In this document: positions 1 to 13,100 of the stretch, piece by piece
How positions within the stretch are numbered: position 1 is the stretch's first letter
Layout of the letters: each line of letters begins with the position of its first letter
DNA from: the human T2T-CHM13v2.0 reference genome, Homo sapiens
Length of the DNA stretch: 64,000 nucleotides
Strand: one strand, 5' to 3'
Assembly (NCBI RefSeq): GCF_009914755.1
Contig: NC_060928.1
Made by a program: the position numbers and the translations under genes
The notes under the pieces: generated by a model
The model's input: the letters and a program-made list of their open reading frames with translations, nothing else
What the model was told of the DNA's origin: nothing
Databases searched by the model: none

Positions 1-3000
1 TACATAAACAGTTGTTCAATATAAATGTTTATTGAGCTGAAATATCTTTAGTATCAAAAACATCTGGAATTACAACATTTAAAAATTCCAATTTTTTAAG
101 CTCTTGCTTTAAAAAAATGACTTTTTTAGTTGAGATTTCCATTTTTCCTTTTTAAAATAACTTGCACTAAGAATAAAATTAGATCAATTTTTCTACTTAA
201 AAGTCATACACATACTGTAGTGCCTGAATTTCAAATCAGTAGGGTTCAAACCAATGTAAGTTGTCTATGAGTGAGTGAAAGTGTGTGTATTTTTAGTTGC
301 AACTTATAAGATGAGCTAAAGGTATTCCATGGCATATTCCAGATTTCCTACTGAATAACAAATGTATTCATCTAGCATGTCTAGTAGATCAATTGTCTCC
401 ATCTCCTTTCTTCCATCACTACTTATGCTTAAACATCCTTAAAGCTTTTCCTGTAAATACAGCTGGGATGAAGCTTCTTTCTGCCAATCTATTATTCTGT
501 CACTTTCCTTCTTTTATGTCCTCAACCAAATAAGTGTCATTTTCCTGCTTTTATTTTGGCTGAGAATTCAACTGAATCAGTTTTCCAACAAATCTGGTGC
601 ATAGAATTCTAATTTTCCCTGTTACTTTTGCCTCCCAAACAAAAACAAGCCATCTACTGTGACTCTACTGTATTTGGAGTTGGAACAGGTGCTATGTCTT
701 CCTAAGCCCCAAACATCAAAATAGTTGTGAAATGGGATTTGCACTCCACTGATCTGTGTAAAATCATAGCTAACAACAACGTATATTTACAATGAAAAGA
801 TTTCCTGGCACTGTGAGCACACAAGCCCTAGGAAGGTTTTAAATGTTGCACTTTGCCATTGTGTTTCTCTCTGGAAACTAATGCCAAATAATGCATTCAT
901 TGAGTATGAATCTAATATACAAATTAGAGCCTGTGACTAATGGGTTTTTCAAGAAGCGTGAAATTCCTTTTTGTAATTGCTGAGTGATAGACATTTCCAC
1001 TGAATTTGATATTTCTACGAGAGTTTCTTTCATCCTAGTTAGTGACTGGAAAATCTGCAAGAGGAAAGTACTTATAGGGTGGTGGGAAAGATTCATGTAA
1101 ATAATGTGCCTTTGAAGTTGGAGAGTTATTTTTAATAAAATTTCTAGAAAATGAATATGATCAATGAGGTCTTTGTTTAACAAATTTGCTTTTCTTGAAT
1201 CTTATAAAATTGAGTGAAAATGAGAACATTGCCCTGTTAGACAAATGTTCATGAGGGTATTAAATAAAAATCCTATAGGAATTTGTATAACATCTTAAGT
1301 AGGTTTAAATAATCCTTGAAGTTGAACCAGAAGTACATTTTATAAAACTCATCTTTCTCTCTCAAGAGTCCCATTCAGGATAACATGTGTGCAAATCCTA
1401 GGCAATATATGGCAGCAAAGTGAGGCAAGGGACACATCAAGAGTGAAGCCAAGTTCTTTCTGAGTTATGCCCTATAACTCCTCTGTATTTTGGTCTCTAA
1501 TTCCACGTGTGTAATACAAAATGAAGAAATAAAGCTTTTTTTCTCTATGGCCTCTTGAATGAATGAACAATAAGTTTGAGAAATTCTAGGAAAAATACTT
1601 ACTGTGCCAGGCATTGTTCTTAAAATGTATCATTATGACATTTCTCTCATTTTAGGGACAACCTTAGGATAATTACATTTGTAACTGTAATTGAAGTGAT
1701 AAGATTTCACCCAGCTCTCTATTTTTCTAAAATCAGCTTCCCTTCTTCCCCACTTTCCCTCCCTACTTCTCTCTCCCTTGTTTTTGAGTTACTTCATGTA
1801 CATTAGCTTGGGGCTGAACACTGTGTTAAGCTCTGGATAAAGCCCACTGACAAGATGAATGAGTCTCTTACAGTCTAGAAGAAAAGACTAGCATTGAACA
1901 AGTCAAAGGAAAAAAATGGAGAGGTATCAATGCTCTGGGGACAAATAACAGAAGACAATCTAGAGTGACACAAAAAACTCATCTATAATTTCAGATAGAT
2001 GAGGGGAGGTGGGCCAATTAATGATTTCATGGAACTAGAGAAACAATTTTGTCAAAACTGTTTATCTTGGCCTCCATTCATGTATTTCCTTAATTCTGTA
2101 ACCCAATCAATTTGGGTAGAAAGGGATAACAGTAATAGTTGGTTTTTTAGGTTGCCATTTATGAGGCTCCTAAGAAAGAATGATGAACTAAGACTTGAGA
2201 ATCCAAATCTCTCACAATGGCTCATTGTTTCTTCTGAACAAGGTTCTGCATCTTGATGAAAAATTAAATGGAGCCGTGGCAATTCCTTGGCTAGGATTGT
2301 TTTCAAGGTTATGTGAAATTTTAGTATATCCCTCTGAACTCTTCCTCCACTGAAACCCTACATTCTTGCTTTCTATTCTGGCTTTAAAATCCTGATAAGT
2401 TTAAGTGAATTTATTAGATCATGCTCACCATCATGGACTGAAGAAATATTACCAAATAAATATGGAGATCAAAAGCAACTACCAGCAACAGAGTTGGGGT
2501 ATTAGCTAGTACACTTTGTAAATGCAACGACTTTCTCTTGCTTTAGAGTTTCACCATAAGTTATGATTCTTCCTTTGACTTACAAATAGGAAAAGATAAT
2601 TATTCCAGCTAATTTTATTGTATGCATTTTACACAGAAACATAAACAATCCTTAGAACACTCAGTCATAAAAGATTCACAAATTTATATTATTTATACTT
2701 TTCTAAACTCAAAATATACCGATGGAGTTCCAGTTCCCATTGACATATATGACTCTCAGGAGCTACTATATATCATATTAAAGTGTCCTTGCAGAGGTGC
2801 TCTTTCAGGGCCATGCCAAAAGTTTAATCTGGAACCAGACAAAACTAAACCAAGCTGTGACTCAAACTACTTCAGAATTGGATTCAGAAAGTATTATAGG
2901 CATCTAAATCCTAAGACTTATCCTAGAGAGAATAAAATGTTTTTAAACCAAATTTCTTAGAATCTTTTTATATCTCTTGATGTGAATTCATTGGAACATC

Positions 3001-3044
3001 CATATTTGCCATTTTGCATCCACACATCGAGCAGCTTAGCATTT

Positions 3045-3680
3045 CTCTGGGCATCTCTCACCCGCACTACTGCATGTACCTCTAGGCTACTCTCCACAAC
3101 CTCTCCCTCCTCCACACTATGCAGAAAATTCTCATTAAAAATCTGATAATGTCCTCTTGTCTAAAAGCTTCCCCATGTGCCCCACACTCTACGGTATACA
3201 TTTTAATTCTTTAACTTGGTAGAAGTGTCCTTATATAAATATATCCCCAAACTACGTCTCTAGCCTCAGCTACTGTTCCACTTCATTCACTCAGTGTGTC
3301 CTGACACATGCAATACCTCTTTTCTGCCCATATGTGCTCCTTGCTAAATCCTTCTGTACATACAATTTACTTTGCTTAAAATTCTCTACTCCTCCATTCT
3401 CTGCCTGGCAAACTTCCTAATCTAGCCTTCTCTAATGTAGCCAGGAATGATTAACAAAGTTGTCATGGTAATTTGTTCATCGGTGTTATGACACTTATTT
3501 GTGTGTCTTATGATATGACTCATATTTGTGTGTATTCCCTTTTCCTTCACTTGCTGTAGCTTACATAATCTTTGATGGCAAAGACCATGTCTTGATTATC
3601 CTTGTGTGTTTGCATATATCTATATCTCTATCACCTGTCTAATGCTTTATATAAGTGCTCAATGACAACTGGATAAATGA
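3045..3680 (+). mobile_element. L2 LINE 3' fragment (degenerate)
   Basis: Pyrimidine-rich L2-like body ending in an L2 3' terminus-like motif (ATAAGTGCTCAATGAC...GGATAAATGA). Boundaries approximate. Confidence 0.6.
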
Positions 3681-5405
3681 TTTTTCTTAAGACATATTCA
3701 GACTGAATTGACCATTTAGGCTAAGTTGATCAGCCTCTACTGCAGCCCTAGAAATTTTAGTTTGACAAAATAGTCCAAATGAATCTATAAAAAAACTAAT
3801 TTCCACTATAATATGGTTAATTGTACCTTTTCTTCAACTAATTTATTTGGATTTATATTTAAGTTTACTTAAAGTCACAGGAATATTTATTTTTCCTTCA
3901 AAAGGGAAAAGAGCAAAAGAAATAAATGAAAATATTTAAAATTTTCTTATTACACAGCCTGCATCTTTGCAACATATTGTTATACTGGTATTGTCTAATT
4001 AGCCACAAGAGTTACACAATTCAATATTTAAAATTCCATACTTACTGAAAACTATATTAGTTCATATATTCATTTATGTGAAAATGTATAATATATAATA
4101 AATGAATAAACATTCATATTAATTGTACAAGTCAAGAAAATAAATATTAAAAGGTTTGGTGTTTCTAGCTATGAACATTGGTTCAGACAAAAAATAATAT
4201 GTCATAGAACTATTCTGACCTGAGGACATGTTCCATAAATTTTATTGAATCAATTTTCCATAGGAAAAATGCAAGCAAGGAGAAAATTAAACAGTATTCT
4301 ATGTTTATTTTTCTGATATTTTATTTACTAAGGAGAAGAGATAATTCCCTAATAGGGAAGATGAAAATTACTGATAAAATTTTATTTATATGCTAAAAAA
4401 GTATAATTCTTGAAATAGGAAATCCATACCAGTCCTTCTAAAAACATTTTATGATAAGCAGCTTTCACCTCTTTTGTTTATTCAAATAGAGAACTGGATT
4501 TACTTCTGTTCGGTGCAGGCCATACAATCCACACATCTTTTCAGGAGTTTGAACACCAATATTCAGTGTGAACTCTTACTGTCTATGAATGCCTAAATGA
4601 TCTTCTGATTAATAAAACAACAACAACAACAAATAAACAAAAAACCTGGCTCCTGGGTAGAAAAGAAAATCTGAACTTATTCTAACTCAATTCAGAGTAC
4701 ACGTGCCCATGGTATGCCCCCAAACGCGTGGATGGATAAGGAGATCATGAAATGGGCAGGTGGAGAGGAAGGAATAGAAGGAGAAATAAATGCATTTTCT
4801 TACTTGAACTCAGTAAGATTCCTTAAAATGAATAACACATAGTGGTATATTTACTTGCAAACAATCCTTTGCAGAAATAGCTTAGGTGTCATCCAAAGTT
4901 TTTAAACAATGAATCAGAATATATTCTCCCTCAATCCCGTTGTCCAGGTATGACATGGGATAGCTCCTGCAGACCTAAGGGACCCACATTGTGCTTCTAT
5001 GACCATTTCACGTGGTGGTAGTTCCTGTGGGTATTGTCTGTTGCTTTCCAGTTCCTCTATCAACTGCAAATGTGTAGAGGCACTTCCCACAGGATGCAAG
5101 CTGCATGAGGGAAAGGACTTTATCTTTTTCACTTCTATATCCCTGGTCCCCTGCTCGGTACATTATTACTGATGGAATGAATGAATGTGAACCCTACCAC
5201 CAAGACCTGTTATCCATTGAATCCTAGCCCTTCTATCCAGTGAAAGGTCACATGGGCAGAACTGGATGACTAAGAAGAAGCAAAAGGAGGCATCCCAGAG
5301 GCTCCAGCCAGAGGCATGCCAACTGAGAGTGCTGGGACTCTTATCCCAAAGTTCTCATTCCTTGTCTCACTTCATTGACTTATAAAGATTGAGTAAAAGA
5401 GACTA

Positions 5406-5659
5406 TGCAATGGACTGAATAATTCTGACTCACCTCCCCATATTTCCAAATCCATATGTTGAAACCCTAATCCCAGTTTGATAGTATTTGAAGGTGGGGC
5501 CTTTCAGAGATAATTAGGTCATGAGGGTGGAATTCACATGAATGGGAATAGCACCCTTATAAGAAGAGGCCAAAAAACTAGCTAGCTAAGCAATAAGTGT
5601 TTGTTGCTTAAACCATCCAGATTATGGCATTTTGTTACAGCAACTCAAGCTAAGACACA
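5406..5659 (+). mobile_element. MaLR solo LTR (MLT1A-like), internally deleted
   Basis: TG...CA ends; MLT1 motifs ATATGTTGAAACCCTAATCCC and GGTCATGAGGGTGG; 5-bp TSD GACTA (5401-5405 / 5660-5664). Confidence 0.8.
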
Positions 5660-6284
5660 GACTAATTTCATTTTTTCAAAATATAAAGTGAATGGTGTGA
5701 AATAAAAAGTGAAAATAAGAGGAGAAATATTAACAACTCTTCTATCACAGTTATTTGTCTTTCTCAGAGCTTTTCCAAGGTAAGTGCTGTATTTTATTCA
5801 TCTTTGAATAGCCACTACTTTGACATAACACCTGACATGTAATTGGTGTTCAACATATGTTTGTAGAACAAATGACGGCCACACACCTTGAAATGCATGC
5901 AAATAAGATAATCCGTTTTCTACAGATGATGAATATCCAGGACACTTCTCGCATGAGCCCTCTAGTCCCTTGACTGTGCTCCCTAAGGTATCACTGATGT
6001 GAAGTCCAGGCCTTTGTTTAAAGACCAGTCTCCACAGAGAATATGGGTCTCTGTGCTGACACAGAGACAGAGATATCCCAGGGAATAAGGCCTAATGAGA
6101 AAATTTAATTAAGTGTTGCCCCTTCAAGGGGTTAGGACCTGATACAATCGTTCCAGGCATTTTAAGGTGTATATGTCCTGCAGGGCCACCTGAACCATCA
6201 GCTCTGGAAGCCTGAGATGAGGTAGGAGCAGTTTGCTTACTGAGCTCACTGAGAACACTTCCTTCTGCTTAAGCCTCTTTTTGC

Positions 6285-6570
6285 TTCTCCTTCCATCCAC
6301 TGTTCAAAAATATGTGTTGCACCAGGCACTGTGCTAAGGGATGGGGATAACAAAAATAAATAATGCAGTTACAGTCTTTGCCCTTACAAAGTGCACTGCC
6401 AAGCAGGAGAAACAGATATTTAACCAAGCAGATACAAAAAATGCGATAAGATATAATCGAGGAAGAATAAGGTATTTGTCAAGAAGAGAATCCCAAGGGG
6501 TGGGAGTGGGAGGCAGAAAAGGCATCCCTGAGGCAGTAATGTCTAAGTTGGGACCTGAAGATGAATTTAA
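6285..6570 (-). mobile_element. L2 3' fragment
   Basis: CCAGGCACTGTGCTAAGG...GGGGATA is the reverse complement of the L2 3' end. Confidence 0.65.
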
Positions 6571-6659
6571 TTTATTTAAGCCTTCCTACAAATCCATGTC
6601 CTGACCACAATCTGATCCTTCTTGCCTCCTGTGGGTCTAAGTGTCCTGCCTGTAGGACG

Positions 6660-6710
6660 ATAATCCATCTTGATTATAATCCATCTTGATTATAATCCAT
6701 CTTGATTATA
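6660..6710. repeat. 16-bp tandem triplication (ATAATCCATCTTGATT)x3
   Basis: Three perfect copies read directly from the sequence. Confidence 0.95.
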
Positions 6711-7210
6711 CCACTTTGCCACAAACCATTTCAATTCTGTAATGACTGAACTCTCTTTTGTCCTGTTAGGACGCTAAAATCTGAAATCCCTTTCTGAGGC
6801 CAAAATTTGAAAGTTTCTGTAATGCAATTCAGTTGAATAAACAGCATCCTAAAACCTCTTAAGCCTGAGAGTAGCAATACAATGTTCTGTGTGCCTTTAA
6901 AACAGCCACTCCTCCTTCTGTCAAGCCTTCACTTTATCTAAGTTGAATGGGAAAACAAATCAAATCCACATAATGGAAGATTCATCATGGGGTATGCAGT
7001 AACATGACTGGCTGGTCAACAAACTTGAGATGTTATACAAATACTACTTAAAATGTCATCTTTAAGCATTTCAAACATCTTAGGATTGATGACATTCTAT
7101 CTAGCAGTTTGCAATGTAAAGAAGTTTGATCTTTAGAAAAGTACCATTAGAAGTTGCCAGGGTACTTCTTACAATTGGACATTATAGAAACCATACTTTA
7201 AGGTGTGAGG

Positions 7211-7488
7211 TTTTTGTGTGTGTGAGAGACAGGGTCTCACTCTGTCATGCAGGCTGGAGTCCAGTGGTGCAATCATAACTCACTGCAACCTTGAACTCCT
7301 GGGCTCACGTGATCCTCCCCTTTCAGACCCCTGAATAGCTAGGACTACAGGCACACACCACCACATCCAGCTAATTTAAAAAAAAAAATAGTAGAGATGA
7401 GGTCTCACTATATTGTCCAGGCTGGTCTCAAACACCTGGGCTCAAACAATGCTCCAGCCTCAGCCTCCCAAAGTGCTTGGATCACAGG
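7211..7488 (-). mobile_element. AluJ
   Basis: GAGACAGGGTCTCACTCTGTC...CTCCTGGGCTCA...CCTCCCAAAGTGCT; J-type diagnostic bases; high divergence. Confidence 0.9.
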
Positions 7489-7897
7489 TCAAGGAATTCT
7501 GATGTCCAAGATACTTCCTGATGAATTAAATGACCTTCAGTTAGATTCCTGACTGATATATTATGGGAAATCTTATTTTGAGTATATTAAATTGCATTGC
7601 ATTAAAGAAGCATAAAATTTTATGGTATATAAGAATATGCAAAGTTATACTCTTTTTTTAATATGAAATTGATTACTTTTCTATGAGCTTCTCTATGAGT
7701 ATTGCTTTTTCTATGAGCCACCAAATGGCAAATCTGAACTGGCAATAATACTAGTGTAAAAGAAATTTAATTACAGAAATTCTCACAGAATAAGAACTCA
7801 ATTTGTTATATGTCAATAATTATATTCAGTTTAAAATAAGTCATTCATAAACTCAAAAACATAATTATTGTCAACTATAATTCTTATATATTCAGTA

Positions 7898-8140
7898 CAG
7901 GCTGAGTATTATCTTATCCAAAATGCTTGAGACCATCAGTGAGGATTTGTATTTTTTTTTCTTTTGGATTTGAGAATATTTGCATTATACTTACCGGTTA
8001 AGCATCCCAGATTCAAAACTCCAAAATCTGAAATACTCCAATGAGTATTTCCTTTGAGCATCATCATGGCAGCACTCAAAACATTTTGGATTTTAGAGCA
8101 CTTCAGATTTTGGATTTTTAGATTTGGGATGCTCAATCTA
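7898..8140. mobile_element. MER46/Tigger4a-like TcMar-Tigger MITE
   Basis: Terminal inverted repeats (TIRs) CAGGCTGAGTAT... / ...ATGCTCAATCTA with flanking TA; internal CCAAAATCTGAAA motifs. Confidence 0.8.
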
Positions 8141-8351
8141 TATGTCTATATTTTTTAATTGTATGAGTATTAAAAGCTAAATACTGAGAGAGGTGCTAGC
8201 CCATGGAAACCATAACCTTAAGGCTGCTTTCTAAATTCTGTCCATAGACTACAAGTAAAAATTTATCACCTTCAGAATCTCTGATATTTATGAGAAATGA
8301 ATTCAGTTTTATACCTAAAAACATTAAAAGTCTGTGAATACAAGTAGCAAC

Positions 8352-8866
8352 CGTGGTGTAAGGCCTAAAATAAAGCCCTATTGTAAATGTTGCCTTGACA
8401 TGTGGTGAAATCAGGAGGGCCTCAAATGGCCAAACTGAAGCTCCCCCTCCCCATTCTGTCCTGACAGATAAAGTCCCCTAGCTAAACATTCCTTTTTATC
8501 ACAGGGACCAGACACAGCTCCTGCTTATTCCTGAGTAGCACGTTTCAGTTCCCCACCAATCCACAGAATGTTTCAAGCAAGCCAATCACATCCTCCCACA
8601 GGAACCAGGGAGTACTCCACCCTCTTGACACTATGAAGCCTGCCTCTCACAGCCTTTGCTCATTGACATTGCTCCTGGGTGCAACCCCTCTGTGGCACTG
8701 CAGGGCATATGGAGTCCTCCTCCCCCAGCCATGAGAATAAGTGACTAGGAAACTGCTGTCAATGTCACCTGTCCCATGTTGCGTTATTGTGTGTTCCACC
8801 ATCCCCAGAACTCCAGGGCAGGAATCTCTCCTTCATCAGTGGGGTAAAAGGAAGGCAATTAAAACA
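8352..8866 (+). mobile_element. ERVL-class solo LTR (LTR53/MER73/MER88-like; exact family uncertain)
   Basis: About 515 bp, ends AAAACA; 5-bp TSD GCAAC (8347-8351 / 8867-8871); CCAAT box (AGCCAATCAC). Confidence 0.7.
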
Positions 8867-8923
8867 GCAACTTTATTGACTATTGAATGCAAAATTAAAC
8901 ACTCACCTTTTGTTCTTATAGAC

Positions 8924-9267
8924 TAGGGGTCCTCAAAGCCAAGGCTGCAGACTACTACTGGTCCATGGCCTGTTAGGAACTGGGCCTCGCAGCAGGAAGC
9001 AAGCAGCAGGTGAGTGAGCATTACCGCCTGAGCTCTGCCTTCTGTCAGATCAGCAGTGGTAGTAGATTCTCATAGGAACATGAACCCTATTGTGAACTGC
9101 GCTTGTGAGGGATCTAGGTTGTGCACTCCTTATAAGAACCTAACTAATGCCTGGTGATCTGAGGTGGAATAGTTTTGTGCCCAAACCATTGCCCACCCAC
9201 TCCCATCTGTGTAAAAGTTGTCTTCCATGAAACTGGCCCCTGGTGCCAAAAAGGTTGGGGACCTCTG
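8924..9267 (+). mobile_element. MER1B (hAT-Charlie non-autonomous DNA transposon), full length
   Basis: TIRs (T)AGGGGTCC... / ...GGGGACCTCTG; body follows the recalled MER1B consensus; perfect 8-bp TSD TTATAGAC (8916-8923 / 9268-9275). Confidence 0.93.
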
Positions 9268-10264
9268 TTATAGACCATCATTTCAGTTGAGTATTTAGCT
9301 CTACTGCCAGAAAAGGATATGGAAGGTTCTAGGGGCTTCTACTCATGGCCAAGGTCATAAAAAATGACATCGAGTTTCTAGCATTACAAAGCAAATAGTT
9401 TGTGCCAAACCCAAACCTGCGTTTTTATGCAGTTAATATATTTTGATTTGAACACTGGGGCCCTGAGAGTGAATCTATACCACTCAATGAATATTCCACA
9501 AAGTAATCATTATTAACCAACTTTAACTAGTGTACATTAGCATAGGTTTTGAGGAATCTTGTTCCACTGAACCACAATATTGGGGAACTACACAGCATTC
9601 CAATAAGAGTTCTTCATATAAAACACAATTGTGATTATGTGTTAAAAACATGTTACTTTTCCCCCTCACTGTTTTCATGATTAAATGTTTCTCTACTGGT
9701 ACATTAAGTCAATTTACTCAAATATTCATAAAACATGAGATTTTATTTATCCATCTTTCCCAAAAATTTAATTTTTAGGAATAGTTTTAATTGTTCAGCG
9801 AATAAAATATTTCAATATCTATTGAACTTTTAGCCATTCAATAGATACATCTAAGCCACACAAAATGCCATAGTAGAGTTGAAAATACAGGTCAAGTCCT
9901 GTCTAATGAAGACATACAGATGTCTAGTTGTAACTAATAAGATTTTTCCTGCATCTTTATGAGGCCCATGGTATTGGTATTTTCTAGTTCATTTAAAATT
10001 ATTTTTAGCTTATACTTTATGACCTAGCAAATGTCTTTTCCAGTAAGAGTTAAACCTTAACTTATAGTGAAGAATGTTGTTTGATACAACTGCATTAGAG
10101 AATTGTATAATAGACCATAAATGTTCAAAAAGTTCTAATTGCCATACCGTCATTCATCTATTCAGCACACATTTATCAGACACCTACCAGGGCCACCCAT
10201 TGATGCTACAAAGATAAACTATACAATCCCCGTCCTCAAGGAGCTCACATAAAAGCTAGAGAGG

Positions 10265-10525
<261 letters not shown>

Positions 10526-10711
10526 CTAGAGAGGAGACTTGGCTTAAAAGAGTGGAGGATAGGATCCAGGGAGAACACTGATAATTGATTATTCTCCCAA
10601 AAACTAGAAAGGGTCAGCAAATACAGATTAGGGTGAAAAGAAAAAGTGAAAACGAGAAAGTTCCAAGAAAAAGAGTAGAGTGCTGAATGAGTTAAGATAA
10701 CCTAAGGGTGG

Positions 10712-11171
10712 TATATTGGGTAGAACTCTGGTCCCCAAAAAGATATGTCCAAGCCCTAGTCCCCAGTACCTGTGAACATGACCTGATTTGAAAAAAGGAT
10801 CTTTGCAGATGTAATTAAGTGAAAGATCTCAAGATGAGATCATTCTGGATTAACCAGGTGCCTCAAATTCAAAGACAAGTTTCTTTAAAATAAAAGGAAA
10901 AGACACAGACAGAAGAGGAGGAACATAGAGGAGAAGGCCACGTGAAGAGAGAGGCAGAGGCAGGAGCTCCACAAGGCCAAGGATCACCTGGAGCTACAAG
11001 AAGCTGGAAAACCCAAGGCCAGATCTCCCCTAGAGTTCAGAAGGAACATGGTGCTGCTGACACCCTGACTGTAGACTGCTGGCCTCCAGAATTGTGAAAG
11101 GATACATTTAATTTGTGTTAAGCCACCGAGTTTGTGGTAATTTGTTACAGAAGCCCTAGGAATCTAATATA
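10712..11171 (+). mobile_element. MaLR solo LTR (MLT1C-like)
   Basis: GTACCTGTGAACATGACC, TTTGCAGATGTAATTAAG, GGCCTCCAGAATTGTGA, TAAGCCACC...TTTGTTAC; TSD GGTGG (10707-10711 / 11172-11176). Confidence 0.88.
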
Positions 11172-11309
11172 GGTGGGGTACCTGAGAGGGATTTCCTAGT
11201 CTAGGAATGAATAGCAGGAAGGAATATGCAAACACACAAAATCAAGTTTCTAAATTGGAAAATAATATTCTTGTCTCTGAAGACAAAAAAGATGGAACAT
11301 GGTAGAGTC

Positions 11310-11445
11310 TGTATTGGCCTAGATCAGAAGCCCCATCTGTCGTTGCCTAGTTGCGTCATTGGACACACTCCTTTCAGAGTCTCAATTTCATTGTCTGTAG
11401 AGTGAGGGGGACTGACAAAGAGTAAGCTGAGAGTTAAAACGTAGT
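11310..11445 (+). mobile_element. MIR fragment
   Basis: MIR core-like GAGTCTCAATTTCATTGTCTGTAGAGTGAGG. Confidence 0.55.
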
Positions 11446-12559
11446 GTAAACAAAACCTAAACAACAGCATAAAGAACCACCCACTCATCACTGCATTTGG
11501 GGAATGTTGGTAAAAAGCTCTACTCAAAAACAAACATTAAAATGGAATATCTTGCGTTACTCCAGGGACAAAAGCGAGCTACAAAACTTTTATTCTGACA
11601 GGTCTCCTCCTTGAACCAGCCCCCACCCCAGACCCTATTCCTTCATTTTGATGCTGAACTTTTAGACCAAATACAGTGGGCACCATCTGCTATCAATACA
11701 GCCTATACTCTTCCCAGCCAAGATGAGTTCCAGGCCAAGTTTATCTTGTGAGTTAACAGGAGGTGACAAGCCTGGCAGGACACAAATTCTCCCTGCATGA
11801 TTGATGCAGCCTGGCTGACCAGCTCCATGCTAATGAGGATGTGCCAGGACTCCCAACAAAAACATTTTTGAATAATTTAAAACGAAAGCATAAATTGCCA
11901 GGTAATGTGATTCATTGTGTAAGTATAGCTCCAGTTAAATTTGCGTTTAGGGGTGCCTCTATAGCAAACATCAGTTGACTGCAAACTGCCTGTTAGCAAA
12001 ATTAACCATATAAATATTGCAAAAGAGCAGAGAGACATGTTAATCTTGTGAGGGAAGACAGTGAAGATAAAGTGTTTCAAATGCAATACTTCTAAATGAA
12101 TAAGAGAATTAAACATGAGTAGAATATCTATTTTCGTCCATTATAATAGGTTTAAGTACAAACTGATACCATTTCTGGGGAATTGACTTTAATTTCTTGC
12201 CCTAATTCAGTTATCTACTTAAATAAGTTTAAATAAGTTTCTTTTTCCTTTTCTGGCAGTTTATGGCCCCTCCTATATACATCCTTATGCCAATCATTCA
12301 AATAAGGTGTAACAAACATCTGAAGCATTCCTTAAAAGAGGGAATTGCCAAATACATTTCGCCTAAAGAATCAAAATGCTAAAAACATTTTCAACTACGT
12401 TGGGTAAGGATTTATTAAGTATGGGCCCATACTTTTTTAAAACATTGTCCTTTTAACCTGAACATTGGAGAGTTAAGAGAAAAATAATAATAGCCAGATT
12501 TTTCCATCCAGTGGGAGCCTTGTACAGAAAGAGCACTTGAACTAAATGTGGAGCCAAAT

Positions 12560-13100
12560 AATTTAGGTATACATTTGACCTTGAATTTGTTAGCTACAAT
12601 GAGGCTGAGGACAAACCATCTGATCTCTGTAAGCCTCAGTTTTCTCATCTAAAAAATGGATTTCAGCCAGGCACGGTGGCTCACGCCTGTAATCCCAGCA
12701 CTTTCGGAGGCCGAGGCGGGCAGATCGTGAAGTCAGGAGATTGAGACTATCCTGGCTAACATGGTGAAACCCCGTCTCTACTAAAAATACAAAACAAAAC
12801 AAAAAAATTAGCCAGGTGTGGTGGCGGGCGCCTGTAGGCCCAGCTACTCAGGAAGCTGAGGCAGGAGAATGGCGTGAACCCAGGAGGCAGACCTTGCAGT
12901 GAGCTGAGATTGCGCCACTGCACTCCAGCCTGGGCAACAGAGCAAGACTCCATCTCCAAAAAAAAAAAAAAAAAAAAAAAAATGGATTTCATATCACCTA
13001 GCCAATCTGCTTCACATGAATTTTGAGACTCAAACCAAATGGAATAGTGTATATAAAAGCGCCTTTGTGACATAAAGCCTCAATAGCACTGTAGAATATT
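12560..13100 (+). mobile_element. MIR interrupted by AluY
   Basis: Core AAGCCTCAGTTTTCTCATCTAAAAAATGG precedes the Alu; MIR-like 3' part resumes after the Alu TSD. Confidence 0.65.
12666..12976 (+). mobile_element. AluY, full length
   Basis: CCTGGCTAAC, GAGAATGGCGTGAACC, CTTGCAGTGAGC (Y diagnostics); long A tail; TSD AAAAAATGGATTTCA (12651-12665 / 12977-12991). Confidence 0.96.

Noticed and set aside
5768-5779. 12-nt + strand micro-exon (TTTCTCAG|AGCTTTTCCAAG|GTAAGT)
   Set aside because: It lies at the start of a degenerate L2 3' end and opposite the inferred host strand; likely chance.
5918-6003. C/D box snoRNA-like layout (ATGATGA 5926-5932, CTGA 5994-5997, short terminal stem)
   Set aside because: The C box is explained by a MIR-like TTTTCTACAGATGA motif; no clear C'/D' boxes and no rRNA/snRNA guide I recognise. 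snoScan or an Rfam search would settle it.
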